From Escherichia phage vB_Eco_QOTSP: a DNA stretch of 64,000 nucleotides. A program made the translations under genes and the position numbers. Each line of letters opens with the position of its first letter. Positions within the stretch are counted from its first letter, which is position 1. The notes under the pieces were generated by a model. The model saw nothing but the letters and a program-made list of their open reading frames with translations, searched no databases and was not told where the DNA came from. Positions 38,122 through 47,593 of this stretch are shown here, in pieces. Location: the sequence record OY720014; one strand, written 5' to 3'.

Positions 38122-39935
38122 CAATTGAAAAAGAAATTGAAGGATTGATTCATAAAACTAATAAAGACCTTTTAAACGAGAATGCTAATAAAGATTCTCG
38201 TGTTTTTCCAACTCAACGGGACCTTATGGCTGGTATTGTGTCTAAACACATTGCCAAAAATATGGTCCCGTCTTTTATTATGAAAGCGCATGAAAGCGGA
38301 ATTATCCATTTCCATGATATTGATTATTCCCCTGCTCTTCCATTTACTAATTGCTGTTTAGTAGATTTAAAAGGAATGCTTGAGAACGGATTTAAGCTTG
38401 GTAATGCGCAGATTGAAACTCCTAAATCAATCGGTGTTGCTACTGCAATTATGGCACAAATTACTGCGCAAGTTGCTTCCCATCAATACGGCGGAACGAC
38501 TTTTGCTAATGTAGATAAAGTACTTTCTCCTTATGTTAAACGCACCTATGCAAAACATATTGAGGATGCAGAAAAATGGCAAATCGCTGATGCGTTGAAT
38601 TATGCTCAATCTAAAACAGAAAAAGACGTATACGATGCATTCCAAGCTTATGAATATGAAGTAAATACTCTCTTTAGTTCAAACGGGCAAACACCTTTTG
38701 TAACAATTACATTTGGTACGGGAACTGACTGGACTGAACGAATGATTCAGAAAGCAATTCTGAAAAATCGTATTAAAGGTCTCGGTCGTGATGGGATAAC
38801 TCCTATTTTTCCTAAGCTTGTTATGTTCGTCGAAGAAGGCGTTAATCTTTACAAAGACGATCCGAGCTATGATATTAAGCTGCTTGCTCTAGAGTGTGCA
38901 AGCAAAAGGATGTATCCTGATATTATTTCAGCTAAGAACAATAAAGCTATTACTGGTTCATCTGTTCCTGTTTCTCCAATGGGTTGCCGTAGTTTCTTGA
39001 GCGTATGGAAAGATTCGACTGGTAATGAAATTCTTGATGGACGTAATAATCTTGGTGTTGTAACACTGAATCTTCCTCGTATTGCATTAGATTCTTATAT
39101 TGGAACACAGTTCAATGAACAGAAATTTGTTGAATTGTTCAATGAACGAATGGATTTGTGTTTTGAAGCTTTGATGTGTAGAATTAGTTCCTTAAAAGGA
39201 GTTAAAGCGACTGTTGCTCCTATTCTTTACCAAGAAGGTGCATTTGGGGTTCGTCTTAAACCTGATGACGACATAATTGAGTTATTTAAAAACGGTAGAA
39301 GTTCAGTGTCTTTAGGATACATTGGTATTCACGAATTGAATATTCTTGTCGGTCGTGATATTGGACAAGAAATTTTAACTAAAATGAATGCCCATCTTAA
39401 ACAGTGGACTGAAAGAACCGGATTTGCTTTTAGTTTATATTCGACTCCTGCTGAAAACCTTTGTTATCGCTTCTGTAAACTTGATACAGAAAAATATGGA
39501 AGTGTAAAAGATGTTACCGATAAAGGCTGGTACACTAACAGTTTCCATGTTTCAGTAGAAGAAAATATTACTCCGTTTGAAAAGATTTCTCGTGAAGCGC
39601 CATATCATTTCATTGCGACAGGTGGTCACATTTCTTATGTTGAACTTCCTGATATGAAAAATAACCTAAAAGGTCTTGAGGCTGTATGGGATTATGCTGC
39701 ACAACATTTAGATTATTTTGGTGTTAACATGCCGGTAGATAAATGTTTTACATGCGGAAGTACCCATGAAATGACTCCTACTGAAAACGGATTTGTTTGT
39801 TCTATTTGTGGAGAAACTGATCCTAAAAAGATGAACACAATAAGAAGAACATGTGGTTATTTGGGAAATCCGAACGAACGCGGATTTAATCTCGGTAAAA
39901 ATAAAGAAATCATGCATAGGGTTAAACACCAATGA
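38118..39935 (+). CDS. nrdD: anaerobic ribonucleotide reductase NrdD (605 aa), uninterrupted
   Basis: 605 aa continuous ORF with C-terminal zinc Cys cluster and glycyl-radical region; no intron. Confidence 0.92.
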   Translation: MTIEKEIEGLIHKTNKDLLNENANKDSRVFPTQRDLMAGIVSKHIAKNMVPSFIMKAHESGIIHFHDIDYSPALPFTNCCLVDLKGMLENGFKLGNAQIETPKSIGVATAIMAQITAQVASHQYGGTTFANVDKVLSPYVKRTYAKHIEDAEKWQIADALNYAQSKTEKDVYDAFQAYEYEVNTLFSSNGQTPFVTITFGTGTDWTERMIQKAILKNRIKGLGRDGITPIFPKLVMFVEEGVNLYKDDPSYDIKLLALECASKRMYPDIISAKNNKAITGSSVPVSPMGCRSFLSVWKDSTGNEILDGRNNLGVVTLNLPRIALDSYIGTQFNEQKFVELFNERMDLCFEALMCRISSLKGVKATVAPILYQEGAFGVRLKPDDDIIELFKNGRSSVSLGYIGIHELNILVGRDIGQEILTKMNAHLKQWTERTGFAFSLYSTPAENLCYRFCKLDTEKYGSVKDVTDKGWYTNSFHVSVEENITPFEKISREAPYHFIATGGHISYVELPDMKNNLKGLEAVWDYAAQHLDYFGVNMPVDKCFTCGSTHEMTPTENGFVCSICGETDPKKMNTIRRTCGYLGNPNERGFNLGKNKEIMHRVKHQ

Positions 39936-40402
39936 ATTATGATAGATTTTATCCTTGCGATTTTGTGAATGGCCCTGGTTGCAGGGTCGTTCTTTTCGTT
40001 ACAGGTTGTTTGCATAAATGCGAAGGGTGTTATAATAAATCAACATGGAATGCTAGAAATGGTATTCCATTCACTGGTGAAACACTAGAACAATTAATTG
40101 AATGTTTGAATAATGATTATATAGAAGGATTAACTATAACTGGAGGAGACCCTCTCTATCCTGATAATCGAGATGTTATTCATTGCATTGTTCAAACAGT
40201 AAAAAATCTTTATCCCAATAAAAGCATTTGGTTGTGGACAGGATATAAATTTGAAGATATTAAACAACTAGAAATGCTTAAATATGTTGATGTTATTATT
40301 GATGGGAAGTATGATAAAAATCTTCCGACCAAAAAGCTGTGGAGAGGATCAGATAATCAGCGGCTTTGGTCAAATACCGATGGGGTGTGGAAACATGATT
40401 AA
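39932..40402 (+). CDS. nrdG: anaerobic RNR activase NrdG, radical SAM (156 aa)
   Basis: CxxxCxxC radical-SAM motif (CLHKCEGC); overlaps nrdD stop. Confidence 0.9.
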   Translation: MNYDRFYPCDFVNGPGCRVVLFVTGCLHKCEGCYNKSTWNARNGIPFTGETLEQLIECLNNDYIEGLTITGGDPLYPDNRDVIHCIVQTVKNLYPNKSIWLWTGYKFEDIKQLEMLKYVDVIIDGKYDKNLPTKKLWRGSDNQRLWSNTDGVWKHD

Positions 40403-40517
40403 ATTGAATTACATTATGGATACTATAAATGATATGATTTTTCATTTTGGTCCAGAATTTTATTCGCAGTATAGTTTAGTGCTTATCAATGCTTGGTTAA
40501 TCAATTAAGGGTAAAAT

Positions 40518-40733
40518 ATGTATAAATTTCGTAAAGGTTTAGCTGATTTTCTTACAACTGTAACATTCTTTTTGTTTATGGCAGTTGGAGCTATTTTCCT
40601 TATTCCTTTTATTGCTATATTTTTCGTGATTAGTTTGATTTCTCCAGAAAAGGGCTTATCTTCTAGTGAGTTCAATGAGCGTCTGGATAAAATTACTAAC
40701 AAGCTGAATTCTGTTCTTGATAAAAAGGCTTAA
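40518..40733 (+). CDS. small membrane protein (71 aa)
   Basis: Hydrophobic helix. Confidence 0.45.
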   Translation: MYKFRKGLADFLTTVTFFLFMAVGAIFLIPFIAIFFVISLISPEKGLSSSEFNERLDKITNKLNSVLDKKA

Positions 40734-40735
40734 TT

Positions 40736-41047
40736 ATGATTAGTTTTGAGCGGTATGTGGTAGAGAGTTGGAAGGGTTTTGATATGTTCGGTAATGACTA
40801 TTATTTTTACGAATGTAGTCTAAATCCTAGTTTTTGGGCTGGACGTGAACGAGATCTCGAAGAAATTAATGCTCGTGCCGAATTGTTAGGTGAACTGCCT
40901 ACGGTTTATTTTACCTTTGATGCATCTGGATTTGTTATCCAGGTTTATTTTCCTGAAGAAAACTCTGGTGAGGATTCTGTTAATCCTCCTTATTGGGCTT
41001 ACCAAGGAATTATTTCTCGTGGAACAAAACTCGAACTTAAAGAATAA
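40736..41047 (+). CDS. hypothetical protein (103 aa)
   Basis: ORF; its 3' half overlaps the only in-frame initiator of the nrdH frame. Confidence 0.5.
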   Translation: MISFERYVVESWKGFDMFGNDYYFYECSLNPSFWAGRERDLEEINARAELLGELPTVYFTFDASGFVIQVYFPEENSGEDSVNPPYWAYQGIISRGTKLELKE

Positions 41048-41342
41048 GATTGAAGTCTATGGAATTCCAGATGAAGTAGGTCGTTGTCCTGGATGTCAAT
41101 CAGTTACAAAACTTCTAAAGGAGCTCAATGCTCCTTTTACTTTCTATAAAGTTCTTACTAATAATGGTAAGATTGAGTACGATCGCCCATTGATTGTATC
41201 TCTTGCCAAACGCGCCGGATTCACATCTCTTAATATTCGGTATCCTGTCATTTTCATTAATGATTCTAGACAAAAGAACATTAAACACTTCAAAGAAACT
41301 CTCATTTCACTTGGATATGATAGAGATATCATAGAAGATTAA
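40890..41342 (+). CDS. nrdH: glutaredoxin-like NrdH; conserved domain begins near 41046, start codon unclear
   Basis: Conserved KIEVYGIPDEVGRCPGCQS (CPGC active site) has no ATG/GTG/TTG just upstream; frame open back to GTG at 40890. Confidence 0.6.
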   Translation: MNCLRFILPLMHLDLLSRFIFLKKTLVRILLILLIGLTKELFLVEQNSNLKNKIEVYGIPDEVGRCPGCQSVTKLLKELNAPFTFYKVLTNNGKIEYDRPLIVSLAKRAGFTSLNIRYPVIFINDSRQKNIKHFKETLISLGYDRDIIED

Positions 41343-41344
41343 GA

Positions 41345-41368
41345 CGGGCCCTCTGGGCCTTTCTTTCT
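41345..41368 (+). terminator. probable terminator hairpin
   Basis: GGCCC TCT GGGCC stem-loop followed by TTTCTTTCT. Confidence 0.45.
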
Positions 41369-41440
41369 CGCATTCTGTATATTACCATTCTAAGCTATCG
41401 TTCCTTTCTTATCATTCCCTAAAATATTTTTCACAAAGTT

Positions 41441-41472
41441 GTTTACAACAAGTTCAAACCGTGGTATTATTA
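41441..41472 (+). promoter_or_regulatory. early promoter with UP-like element
   Basis: TTTTTCACAAAGTTGTTTACA...TATTAT. Confidence 0.55.
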
Positions 41473-41676
41473 ACATATGAATTACCTTTGAGGAATTGAT
41501 ATGGTTGTGGTTGATAAAGAAATTAAAAAGGGGGCAGTATTATCTCATTAATGGTAATGCTGTTCGTGTTACTCATGTAAATAGTTTTGAAGTTTGCTAT
41601 ATTATACTCAAGTTACATAAACGCATGATTTGCGATCGTGCTGCATTTAGTTCAGTTGCTAAGGAAATTAAACTCC

Positions 41677-41970
41677 ATGGGTAAAACGTATCGTCGTAAA
41701 GATTTAAAAGTACGTGATTATGACTATTTCGGAAAGCGTAAAGCTCCTGATGGGGTAAGTCATAAAGATATGGTTGAAAACATTTTTCGCTCAGATAAAT
41801 GGCGTAGAATGAAAGGTATTGATTCAGAAGTTAAAGATGAGCTAAATCGCCAATTACGTGGTGAAGTAAGAAAGTTGAAAAAATCAGTTTACATTGACGA
41901 TGATTTTGATTATAATACTTCTCAACGAGTTGCTAAACGTAAATCAAACGAGTGTTATCGTTACAGCTGA
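41677..41970 (+). CDS. basic small protein (97 aa)
   Basis: ATG after AAGGAAATTAAACTCC; Arg/Lys-rich. Confidence 0.45.
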   Translation: MGKTYRRKDLKVRDYDYFGKRKAPDGVSHKDMVENIFRSDKWRRMKGIDSEVKDELNRQLRGEVRKLKKSVYIDDDFDYNTSQRVAKRKSNECYRYS

Positions 41971-42109
41971 GGAAATTATGAATATCAAACGAATGCTTTT
42001 TAAGCAGGGGTTATACACTTTAAATGTTACTCCAAAAGGTGATACAACTAAGTGGTCAGTAAATGACTGGATTAAATTTATTGATGAAAACGGTAACTGG
42101 AAAATTTAA

Positions 42110-42310
42110 ATGAATCCTGAATCTAAATTATCACAACGAATTGCCGAATCTCGTCGTCAGTTCTTTGAAAATATGATAGCCCAAGGTATTGATGATGAAG
42201 TTTTTCTAAACTGGTTTTGGAATCACAAATATTCAAGTTGCTCAGGAGCAATATTAATATCAGCCGCAATGATGTATGAAGGCTGGAAGGGTGCCAAAAA
42301 GTTTAGCTAA
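42110..42310 (+). CDS. hypothetical small protein (66 aa)
   Basis: ORF followed by terminator. Confidence 0.45.
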   Translation: MNPESKLSQRIAESRRQFFENMIAQGIDDEVFLNWFWNHKYSSCSGAILISAAMMYEGWKGAKKFS

Positions 42311-42328
42311 GGGCTTCGGCCCTTTTTG
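42310..42328 (+). terminator. rho-independent terminator
   Basis: GGGCTTCGGCCC hairpin plus TTTTT. Confidence 0.65.
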
Positions 42329-42362
42329 GATAATAAAATTTTAACGTAATTGAGGATAATGT

Positions 42363-42689
42363 ATGACTATTCAAATTAAAAACGCCATCAATTCTTACGC
42401 ATATGATAAAGTAGTTTCTTTGTTAGAAAAAGGCGATATTGTAACTCCTCAAATTTTGGATAAATGGGAAAAAGAGCTTCATCAGACGATGAAACAGAAT
42501 GATCAGAAGATTGGACGTAATACTGTCCGTGAATTGCTGGTTCAATATATCTTGTCGGAATTTGATGTTAAAGCTTTTGGCGTAGAATCTAAAGCTTATC
42601 AAAAGCATGAAATTTCCGATAAAACTATTCGTCGCATGAAAAATCAACGCAAGAAAAAATTTGCAGACCTGAAAATTGCTAAGGTATGA
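42363..42689 (+). CDS. hypothetical protein (108 aa)
   Basis: ORF after GAGGATAATGTATG. Confidence 0.45.
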   Translation: MTIQIKNAINSYAYDKVVSLLEKGDIVTPQILDKWEKELHQTMKQNDQKIGRNTVRELLVQYILSEFDVKAFGVESKAYQKHEISDKTIRRMKNQRKKKFADLKIAKV

Positions 42690-42907
42690 ATATGAACGAA
42701 GCTCTTATTAACGATTTGCGTCTTTCCGGATATGAAGTAAATACAAATGGCATTGGTTTAACTCAAATTGAAGGAAACGGATTCATCCTTGAGTATGAAT
42801 TTAGCCAATGGTGGTTATATGCCAATTACGGCGAATTGATTGAATATGTTGATCAATTTGATTCACTAGATGCAGCTCTTGAAGCGGCTAAGTTGATGAA
42901 TGTATGA
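42686..42907 (+). CDS. hypothetical protein (73 aa)
   Basis: Overlapping start/stop. Confidence 0.45.
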   Translation: MNMNEALINDLRLSGYEVNTNGIGLTQIEGNGFILEYEFSQWWLYANYGELIEYVDQFDSLDAALEAAKLMNV

Positions 42908-43173
42908 AATTTATTAATATTTCTATTACTATTGAAAATTATGGCATTTTCTATGTTGACCAATACATGAAAATTTCATTTTTCCCAAATAAGACTGGTG
43001 TTGGATATTGGGAAAGTCATGTTTCTGAATTAAATGAAAGTGAATATGCTAGCACACATGAAAAGTTTTTAGACTTTTTATATCATGCTGATTTAACTAG
43101 TCATTATATAGATATTCATGAATTTAAAAAGATGATGGAGAAAGTGTTCCAAGCATACTGTTTACTTAGATAA
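42904..43173 (+). CDS. hypothetical protein (89 aa)
   Basis: Overlapping start/stop. Confidence 0.45.
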   Translation: MKFINISITIENYGIFYVDQYMKISFFPNKTGVGYWESHVSELNESEYASTHEKFLDFLYHADLTSHYIDIHEFKKMMEKVFQAYCLLR

Positions 43174-43253
43174 CTGATTCATCCTCTATGCTTTAAGATA
43201 GATCTTCAAATATTATGATATAATAGATCTATGAATTGAGCTAAGAGGTGAAA

Positions 43254-43811
43254 ATGTCAGAAACTAAGCCTAAATATAATTACGTAAACAATAAAGAGCT
43301 TTTACAAGCTATTATTGATTGGAAAACAGAATTAGCAAATAATAAAGACCCAAATAAAGTAGTTCGTCAGAATGATACTATCGGATTAGCCATTATGCTT
43401 ATTGCAGAAGGCTTATCTAAACGTTTCAACTTTTCAGGATACACCCAGTCTTGGAAACAAGAAATGATTGCAGATGGTATAGAAGCTTCTATTAAGGGGC
43501 TTCATAATTTTGATGAAACGAAATATAAAAACCCACATGCGTATATAACTCAAGCTTGTTTTAATGCATTCGTCCAACGTATTAAAAAAGAACGTAAGGA
43601 AGTTGCAAAGAAATATAGTTACTTCGTTCACAATGTCTATGACAGCCGTGACGACGATATGGTTGCGTTAGTAGATGAAACTTTTATTCAAGACATCTAC
43701 GATAAAATGACGCATTACGAAGAATCAACCTATAGAACACCGGGGGCTGAAAAGAAAAGTGTTGTAGACGATTCTCCTAGTTTGGATTTTTTATATGAGG
43801 CTAACGATTAA
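43254..43811 (+). CDS. 55: gp55 late-transcription sigma factor (185 aa)
   Basis: [24 protein letters not shown]...; 185 aa from ATG after GAGGTGAAA. Confidence 0.9.
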
Positions 43812-44013
43812 CCTCTCCGGATTCTTGGAAGAAATACCTGAAGTTGAAGCTATTCCCTATTTACTTAAAATGTATCTCAGGGAAGTTTTAGCTCTTGACA
43901 TTGATATTGATCCAGAAAATCCGTATGATACCGCTTTTAAATCTAATGGTGTAGAATTAAATTACAGGTATCATTTAACAGATGATGATTTTTATTTTAT
44001 ATTAGAGAAATAA
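43795..44013 (+). CDS. hypothetical small protein (72 aa)
   Basis: ORF overlapping gene 55 end. Confidence 0.4.
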
Positions 44014-44014
44014 T

Positions 44015-44332
44015 ATGACTGATAAACCCGAAATTAATGATGAAGTGGAAAAGCTTATTTCTTCTATTGAAGAAAAGAACCGTCTTGAAGCAGAAAGAAA
44101 AGCAAATAAGTTATTGTCTAAAAACAAACGCGAACTGAATCGTCTTTATAAGCACGCTCAGATCGCAGCTGAAAACAATAATTTTGCTCAATACGAATAT
44201 GCTATCAAGAAAAGTCGGGATATTCTAAAACAGCCATATAACGATGAACTCATCAGTATTCTTTGGAAGACTACTAGATCGCAAATTGAGGATATGATTG
44301 ATGCTTACACACGTAAAATTCAAGCGTCTTAA
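44015..44332 (+). CDS. hypothetical coiled-coil protein (105 aa)
   Basis: ORF 1 nt after previous stop. Confidence 0.45.
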   Translation: MTDKPEINDEVEKLISSIEEKNRLEAERKANKLLSKNKRELNRLYKHAQIAAENNNFAQYEYAIKKSRDILKQPYNDELISILWKTTRSQIEDMIDAYTRKIQAS

Positions 44333-44504
44333 AATTAATGCAGGATTTACTGAATCTTTGAATGGTCATCTTTGTGTGAAAATTTCTGAAAAAGAATACC
44401 ATGATAGTTCAATTAAAGAAGTTAATCCTCCTATTGTAAGAGCAGACCCTAATATGAAAGTGTGGGTTGATTCTTATCAAGTCAAAAAATGGTGGCAGTT
44501 ATGA
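44298..44504 (+). CDS. hypothetical small protein (68 aa)
   Basis: Overlapping ORF. Confidence 0.4.
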   Translation: MMLTHVKFKRLKINAGFTESLNGHLCVKISEKEYHDSSIKEVNPPIVRADPNMKVWVDSYQVKKWWQL

Positions 44505-44677
44505 AAGATGAACACCCAGACTTCTGAAATAGATTATAATAAAATTCGTTCCTCTAAAGAGGAAATGATGAGACTCTTTAAAGCGTCTCATGATAAAGCT
44601 AAAGCAGAAGGAACTATAAAATATAAGCGCATAAAATTTAAAAGTTCTAACGAGCCTCTGTATGGCGTATTATGTGG

Positions 44678-44705
44678 ATAGGAGCTTCGGCTCCTATATT
44701 GCTTT
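44678..44705 (+). terminator. UUCG-tetraloop hairpin, possible terminator
   Basis: ATAGGAGCTTCGGCTCCTAT. Confidence 0.45.
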
Positions 44706-44747
44706 ATAAATTTTTGGTAAAATAAACCAAAACAAAGAGGATATTAA

Positions 44748-45950
44748 ATGAAAGTATGTATTTTTATGGCTCGAGGTCTTGAAGGTTGTGGTGTAACTAA
44801 ATTTTCTCTTGAGCAACGTGATTGGTTTATTAAGAATGGTCATGAAGTAACTTTGGTTTATGCTAAAGATAAATCATTTACTCGTAATTGCGCGCATGAT
44901 TATAAATCATTTTCAATTCCGGTTTTATTGGCAAAAGAATATGATAAAACACTTAAGCTGGTAAATGATTGTGATATTCTAATTATCAATTCAGTTCCTG
45001 CTACTTCGGTTGAAGAAGACACTATTAATAACTATAAAAAAATTATTGATAACATTAAACCTTCTGTTCGTGTTGTAGTTTATCAACATGACCATTCTTC
45101 TCTTTCTTTGCGCCGAAATTTGGGATTAGAAGAAACTGTTCGTCGAGCTGATGTTATTTTTAGCCATTCTGATAATGGTGATTTTAATAAAGTTCTGATG
45201 AAAGAATGGTATCCTGAAACAGTTTCTCTGTTTGATGATATTGAAGAAGCACCGACAGTATATAACTTTCAGCCTCCTATGGATATTGCGAAGGTTCGGT
45301 CAACCTACTGGAAAGATGTTTCTGAAATTAACATGAATATCAATCGTTGGATTGGTCGTACGACTACATGGAAAGGTTTTTATCAGATGTTTGATTTTCA
45401 TGAAAAACATCTTAAACCTGCAGGACTAAGTACTATTATGGAAGGTCTGGAACGTTCTCCAGCGTTCATTCCTATTAAAGAAAAAGGAATTCCATACGAG
45501 TATTATCGTCTTCATCAAGTAGACCAAATTAAAATTGCTCCTAATTTGCCAACGCAAATTCTTGACCGTTATGTAAATAGCGAAATGCTTGAACGTATGA
45601 GTAAATCCGGATTTGGTTATCAGTTGAGTAAGTTGGATAAAAAATATCTACAGCGCTCTTTAGAATATACTCATCTCGAGCTTGGTGCATGTGGAACAAT
45701 TCCGGTATTTTGGAAATCTACTGGCGAAAATTTAAAATTCCGTGTTGATAATACTCCTTTGACCTCGCATGATAGCGGTATCATTTGGTTTGATGAAAAT
45801 GATATGGAATCAACATTTGAACGTATTAAAGAACTGTCATCTGACCGAGCTCTTTATGACCGTGAGCGTGAAAAAGCATATGAATTTTTGTATCAGCATC
45901 AAGATTCAAGCTTCTGCTTTAAAGAACAGTTTGACATTATTACAAAATAA
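44748..45950 (+). CDS. agt: DNA alpha-glucosyltransferase (400 aa)
   Basis: 400 aa; MKVCIFMARGLEGCGVTKFSLEQRDWFIKNGHEVTLVYAKDK... close to T4 alpha-gt. Confidence 0.92.
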   Translation: MKVCIFMARGLEGCGVTKFSLEQRDWFIKNGHEVTLVYAKDKSFTRNCAHDYKSFSIPVLLAKEYDKTLKLVNDCDILIINSVPATSVEEDTINNYKKIIDNIKPSVRVVVYQHDHSSLSLRRNLGLEETVRRADVIFSHSDNGDFNKVLMKEWYPETVSLFDDIEEAPTVYNFQPPMDIAKVRSTYWKDVSEINMNINRWIGRTTTWKGFYQMFDFHEKHLKPAGLSTIMEGLERSPAFIPIKEKGIPYEYYRLHQVDQIKIAPNLPTQILDRYVNSEMLERMSKSGFGYQLSKLDKKYLQRSLEYTHLELGACGTIPVFWKSTGENLKFRVDNTPLTSHDSGIIWFDENDMESTFERIKELSSDRALYDREREKAYEFLYQHQDSSFCFKEQFDIITK

Positions 45951-45972
45951 AGGGCTTCGGCCCTTTAGCTTT
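45950..45972 (+). terminator. UUCG-tetraloop terminator-like hairpin
   Basis: AGGGCTTCGGCCCT followed by TTAGCTTT. Confidence 0.5.
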
Positions 45973-46126
45973 ATACGGAGTTTGATATAATGATATTTCT
46001 TGGATATGTGATACTTTTTCTTGCATTTTATCTATTCACTAGAGCATGTTGGATTGGGTTCTTTAGCACTCCAGATGGATTTATTTCAATAATTTTATTT
46101 TGCATTTCAATGACGGTTCTTGATAT

Positions 46127-47146
46127 ATGAAAATTTTAAATTTAGGTGATTGGCATTTAGGCGTTAAAGCCGATGATGAGTGGGTTCAATCCATTCAGTT
46201 GGATGGAATTAAGCAAGCGATAGAATATTCTAAGAAAAATGGAATTACTACCTGGATTCAATACGGCGATATTTTTGATGTGCGAAAAGCAATCACGCAT
46301 AAAACTATGGAGTTCGCTCGTGAAATAGTTCAAATGCTTGATGATGCTGGTATTACCCTACATACTGTTGTAGGAAACCATGATATGCACTTTAAAAATA
46401 CTTTAACTCCAAATGCCTCTACTGAGCTTTTGGCTAAATATCCTAATGTTAAAGTATATGATAAGCCTACTACAGTAGATTTTGACGGATGTTTAATTGA
46501 TTTAATTCCTTGGATGTGTGAAGAAAATACTGGTGAAATTCTTGAACACATCAAAACTTCATCTGCTTCTTTTTGCGTTGGTCACTGGGAACTGAACGGA
46601 TTTTATTTTTATAAAGGAATGAAATCTCACGGTCTTGAACCTGATTTCCTTAAGACTTATAAGGAAGTGTGGTCTGGTCACTTCCATACTATCTCTGAGG
46701 CTGCTAACGTCAGATATATTGGGACACCATGGACACTAACTGCAGGTGACGAGAATGACCCTCGTGGGTTCTGGATGTTTGATACAGAAACAGAACGAAT
46801 GGAATTTATTCCAAACAACACTACCTGGCATCGTAGAATTCATTATCCATTTAAAGGAAAAATTGATTATAAAGATTTTACAAATCTATCAGTACGTGTT
46901 ATAGTAACTGAAGTAGACAAAAATCTAACGAAGTTCGAATCTGAACTAGAAAAAGTTGTGCATTCATTACGAGTTGTGTCAAAAATTGATAACTCTGTCG
47001 AGTCAGATGACAGTGAAGAAGTTGAAGTTCAATCTCTTCAGACGTTGATGGAAGAATACATTAATGCAATTCCAGACATCACTGATTCTGACCGTGAAGC
47101 ACTTATTCAATATGCAAATCAGCTATATGTAGAGGCAACACAATGA
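46127..47146 (+). CDS. 47: gp47 recombination nuclease subunit (Mre11/SbcD-like), 339 aa
   Basis: Metallophosphatase motifs (GDWH, GNHD); 339 aa. Confidence 0.92.
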   Translation: MKILNLGDWHLGVKADDEWVQSIQLDGIKQAIEYSKKNGITTWIQYGDIFDVRKAITHKTMEFAREIVQMLDDAGITLHTVVGNHDMHFKNTLTPNASTELLAKYPNVKVYDKPTTVDFDGCLIDLIPWMCEENTGEILEHIKTSSASFCVGHWELNGFYFYKGMKSHGLEPDFLKTYKEVWSGHFHTISEAANVRYIGTPWTLTAGDENDPRGFWMFDTETERMEFIPNNTTWHRRIHYPFKGKIDYKDFTNLSVRVIVTEVDKNLTKFESELEKVVHSLRVVSKIDNSVESDDSEEVEVQSLQTLMEEYINAIPDITDSDREALIQYANQLYVEATQ

Positions 47147-47406
47147 CTTTTGATGAATTTAAAAATGTTATGATGAGTCAGCATTTTGAATGCGAAGTAA
47201 AAGATGATATTGGGCATAAAGAAATTATTGAATATTGGTTTGAACCGTTAGAGGTTGAAGATAATTGTATTAAAAAGGTTACAGTCTGCACTGACTGGGC
47301 TGTATCTTTTAACTTCAACATTTTAGATAATGACACACCTAAATCATTACGAGATATGGCTGTATCTTGTATTAAGGATGCATACTGTGAAGTTTTCGAC
47401 ATTTGA
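47143..47406 (+). CDS. hypothetical small protein (87 aa)
   Basis: ORF overlapping gene 47 stop. Confidence 0.45.
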   Translation: MTFDEFKNVMMSQHFECEVKDDIGHKEIIEYWFEPLEVEDNCIKKVTVCTDWAVSFNFNILDNDTPKSLRDMAVSCIKDAYCEVFDI

Positions 47407-47593
47407 CATTAATGATGAATTCATAGCAAATATTGATTATATCGAAGAAGATTCTAGATATGTTGGAATAATTTACATTACATCAAAAACAGCACAAGGC
47501 GTTGTTTGCATGGCTGAATTTGACGAATACTTTTTAGATTATGATGATATGATAGAATGGTCTAAAAGATACATTAAAAGGAATCTTTTGTGA
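47378..47593 (+). CDS. hypothetical small protein (start uncertain: ATG 47378 or GTG 47387)
   Basis: In-frame starts with AAGGA RBS; overlaps upstream ORF end. Confidence 0.4.
   Translation: MHTVKFSTFDINDEFIANIDYIEEDSRYVGIIYITSKTAQGVVCMAEFDEYFLDYDDMIEWSKRYIKRNLL

Noticed and set aside
38427-38645. Minus-strand track ORFs inside large plus-strand genes (e.g. 38427-38645, 54131-54414, 47853-48236, 50946-51362, 61733-61963)
   Set aside because: They are antisense to well-supported conserved genes, have no ribosome-binding sites and give low-complexity translations.
45968-45998. MotA-dependent middle promoter upstream of gene 47
   Set aside because: The candidate box reads TAGCTTTAT rather than the TGCTT core; the adjacent TATAAT may function, but the middle-promoter call is not supported.
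47143-47593. Overlapping ORFs 47143-47406 and 47330-47593 as a frameshifted single gene
   Set aside because: The second ORF has an in-frame ATG/GTG with an AAGGA ribosome-binding site inside the overlap; coupled overlapping genes are the simpler explanation.
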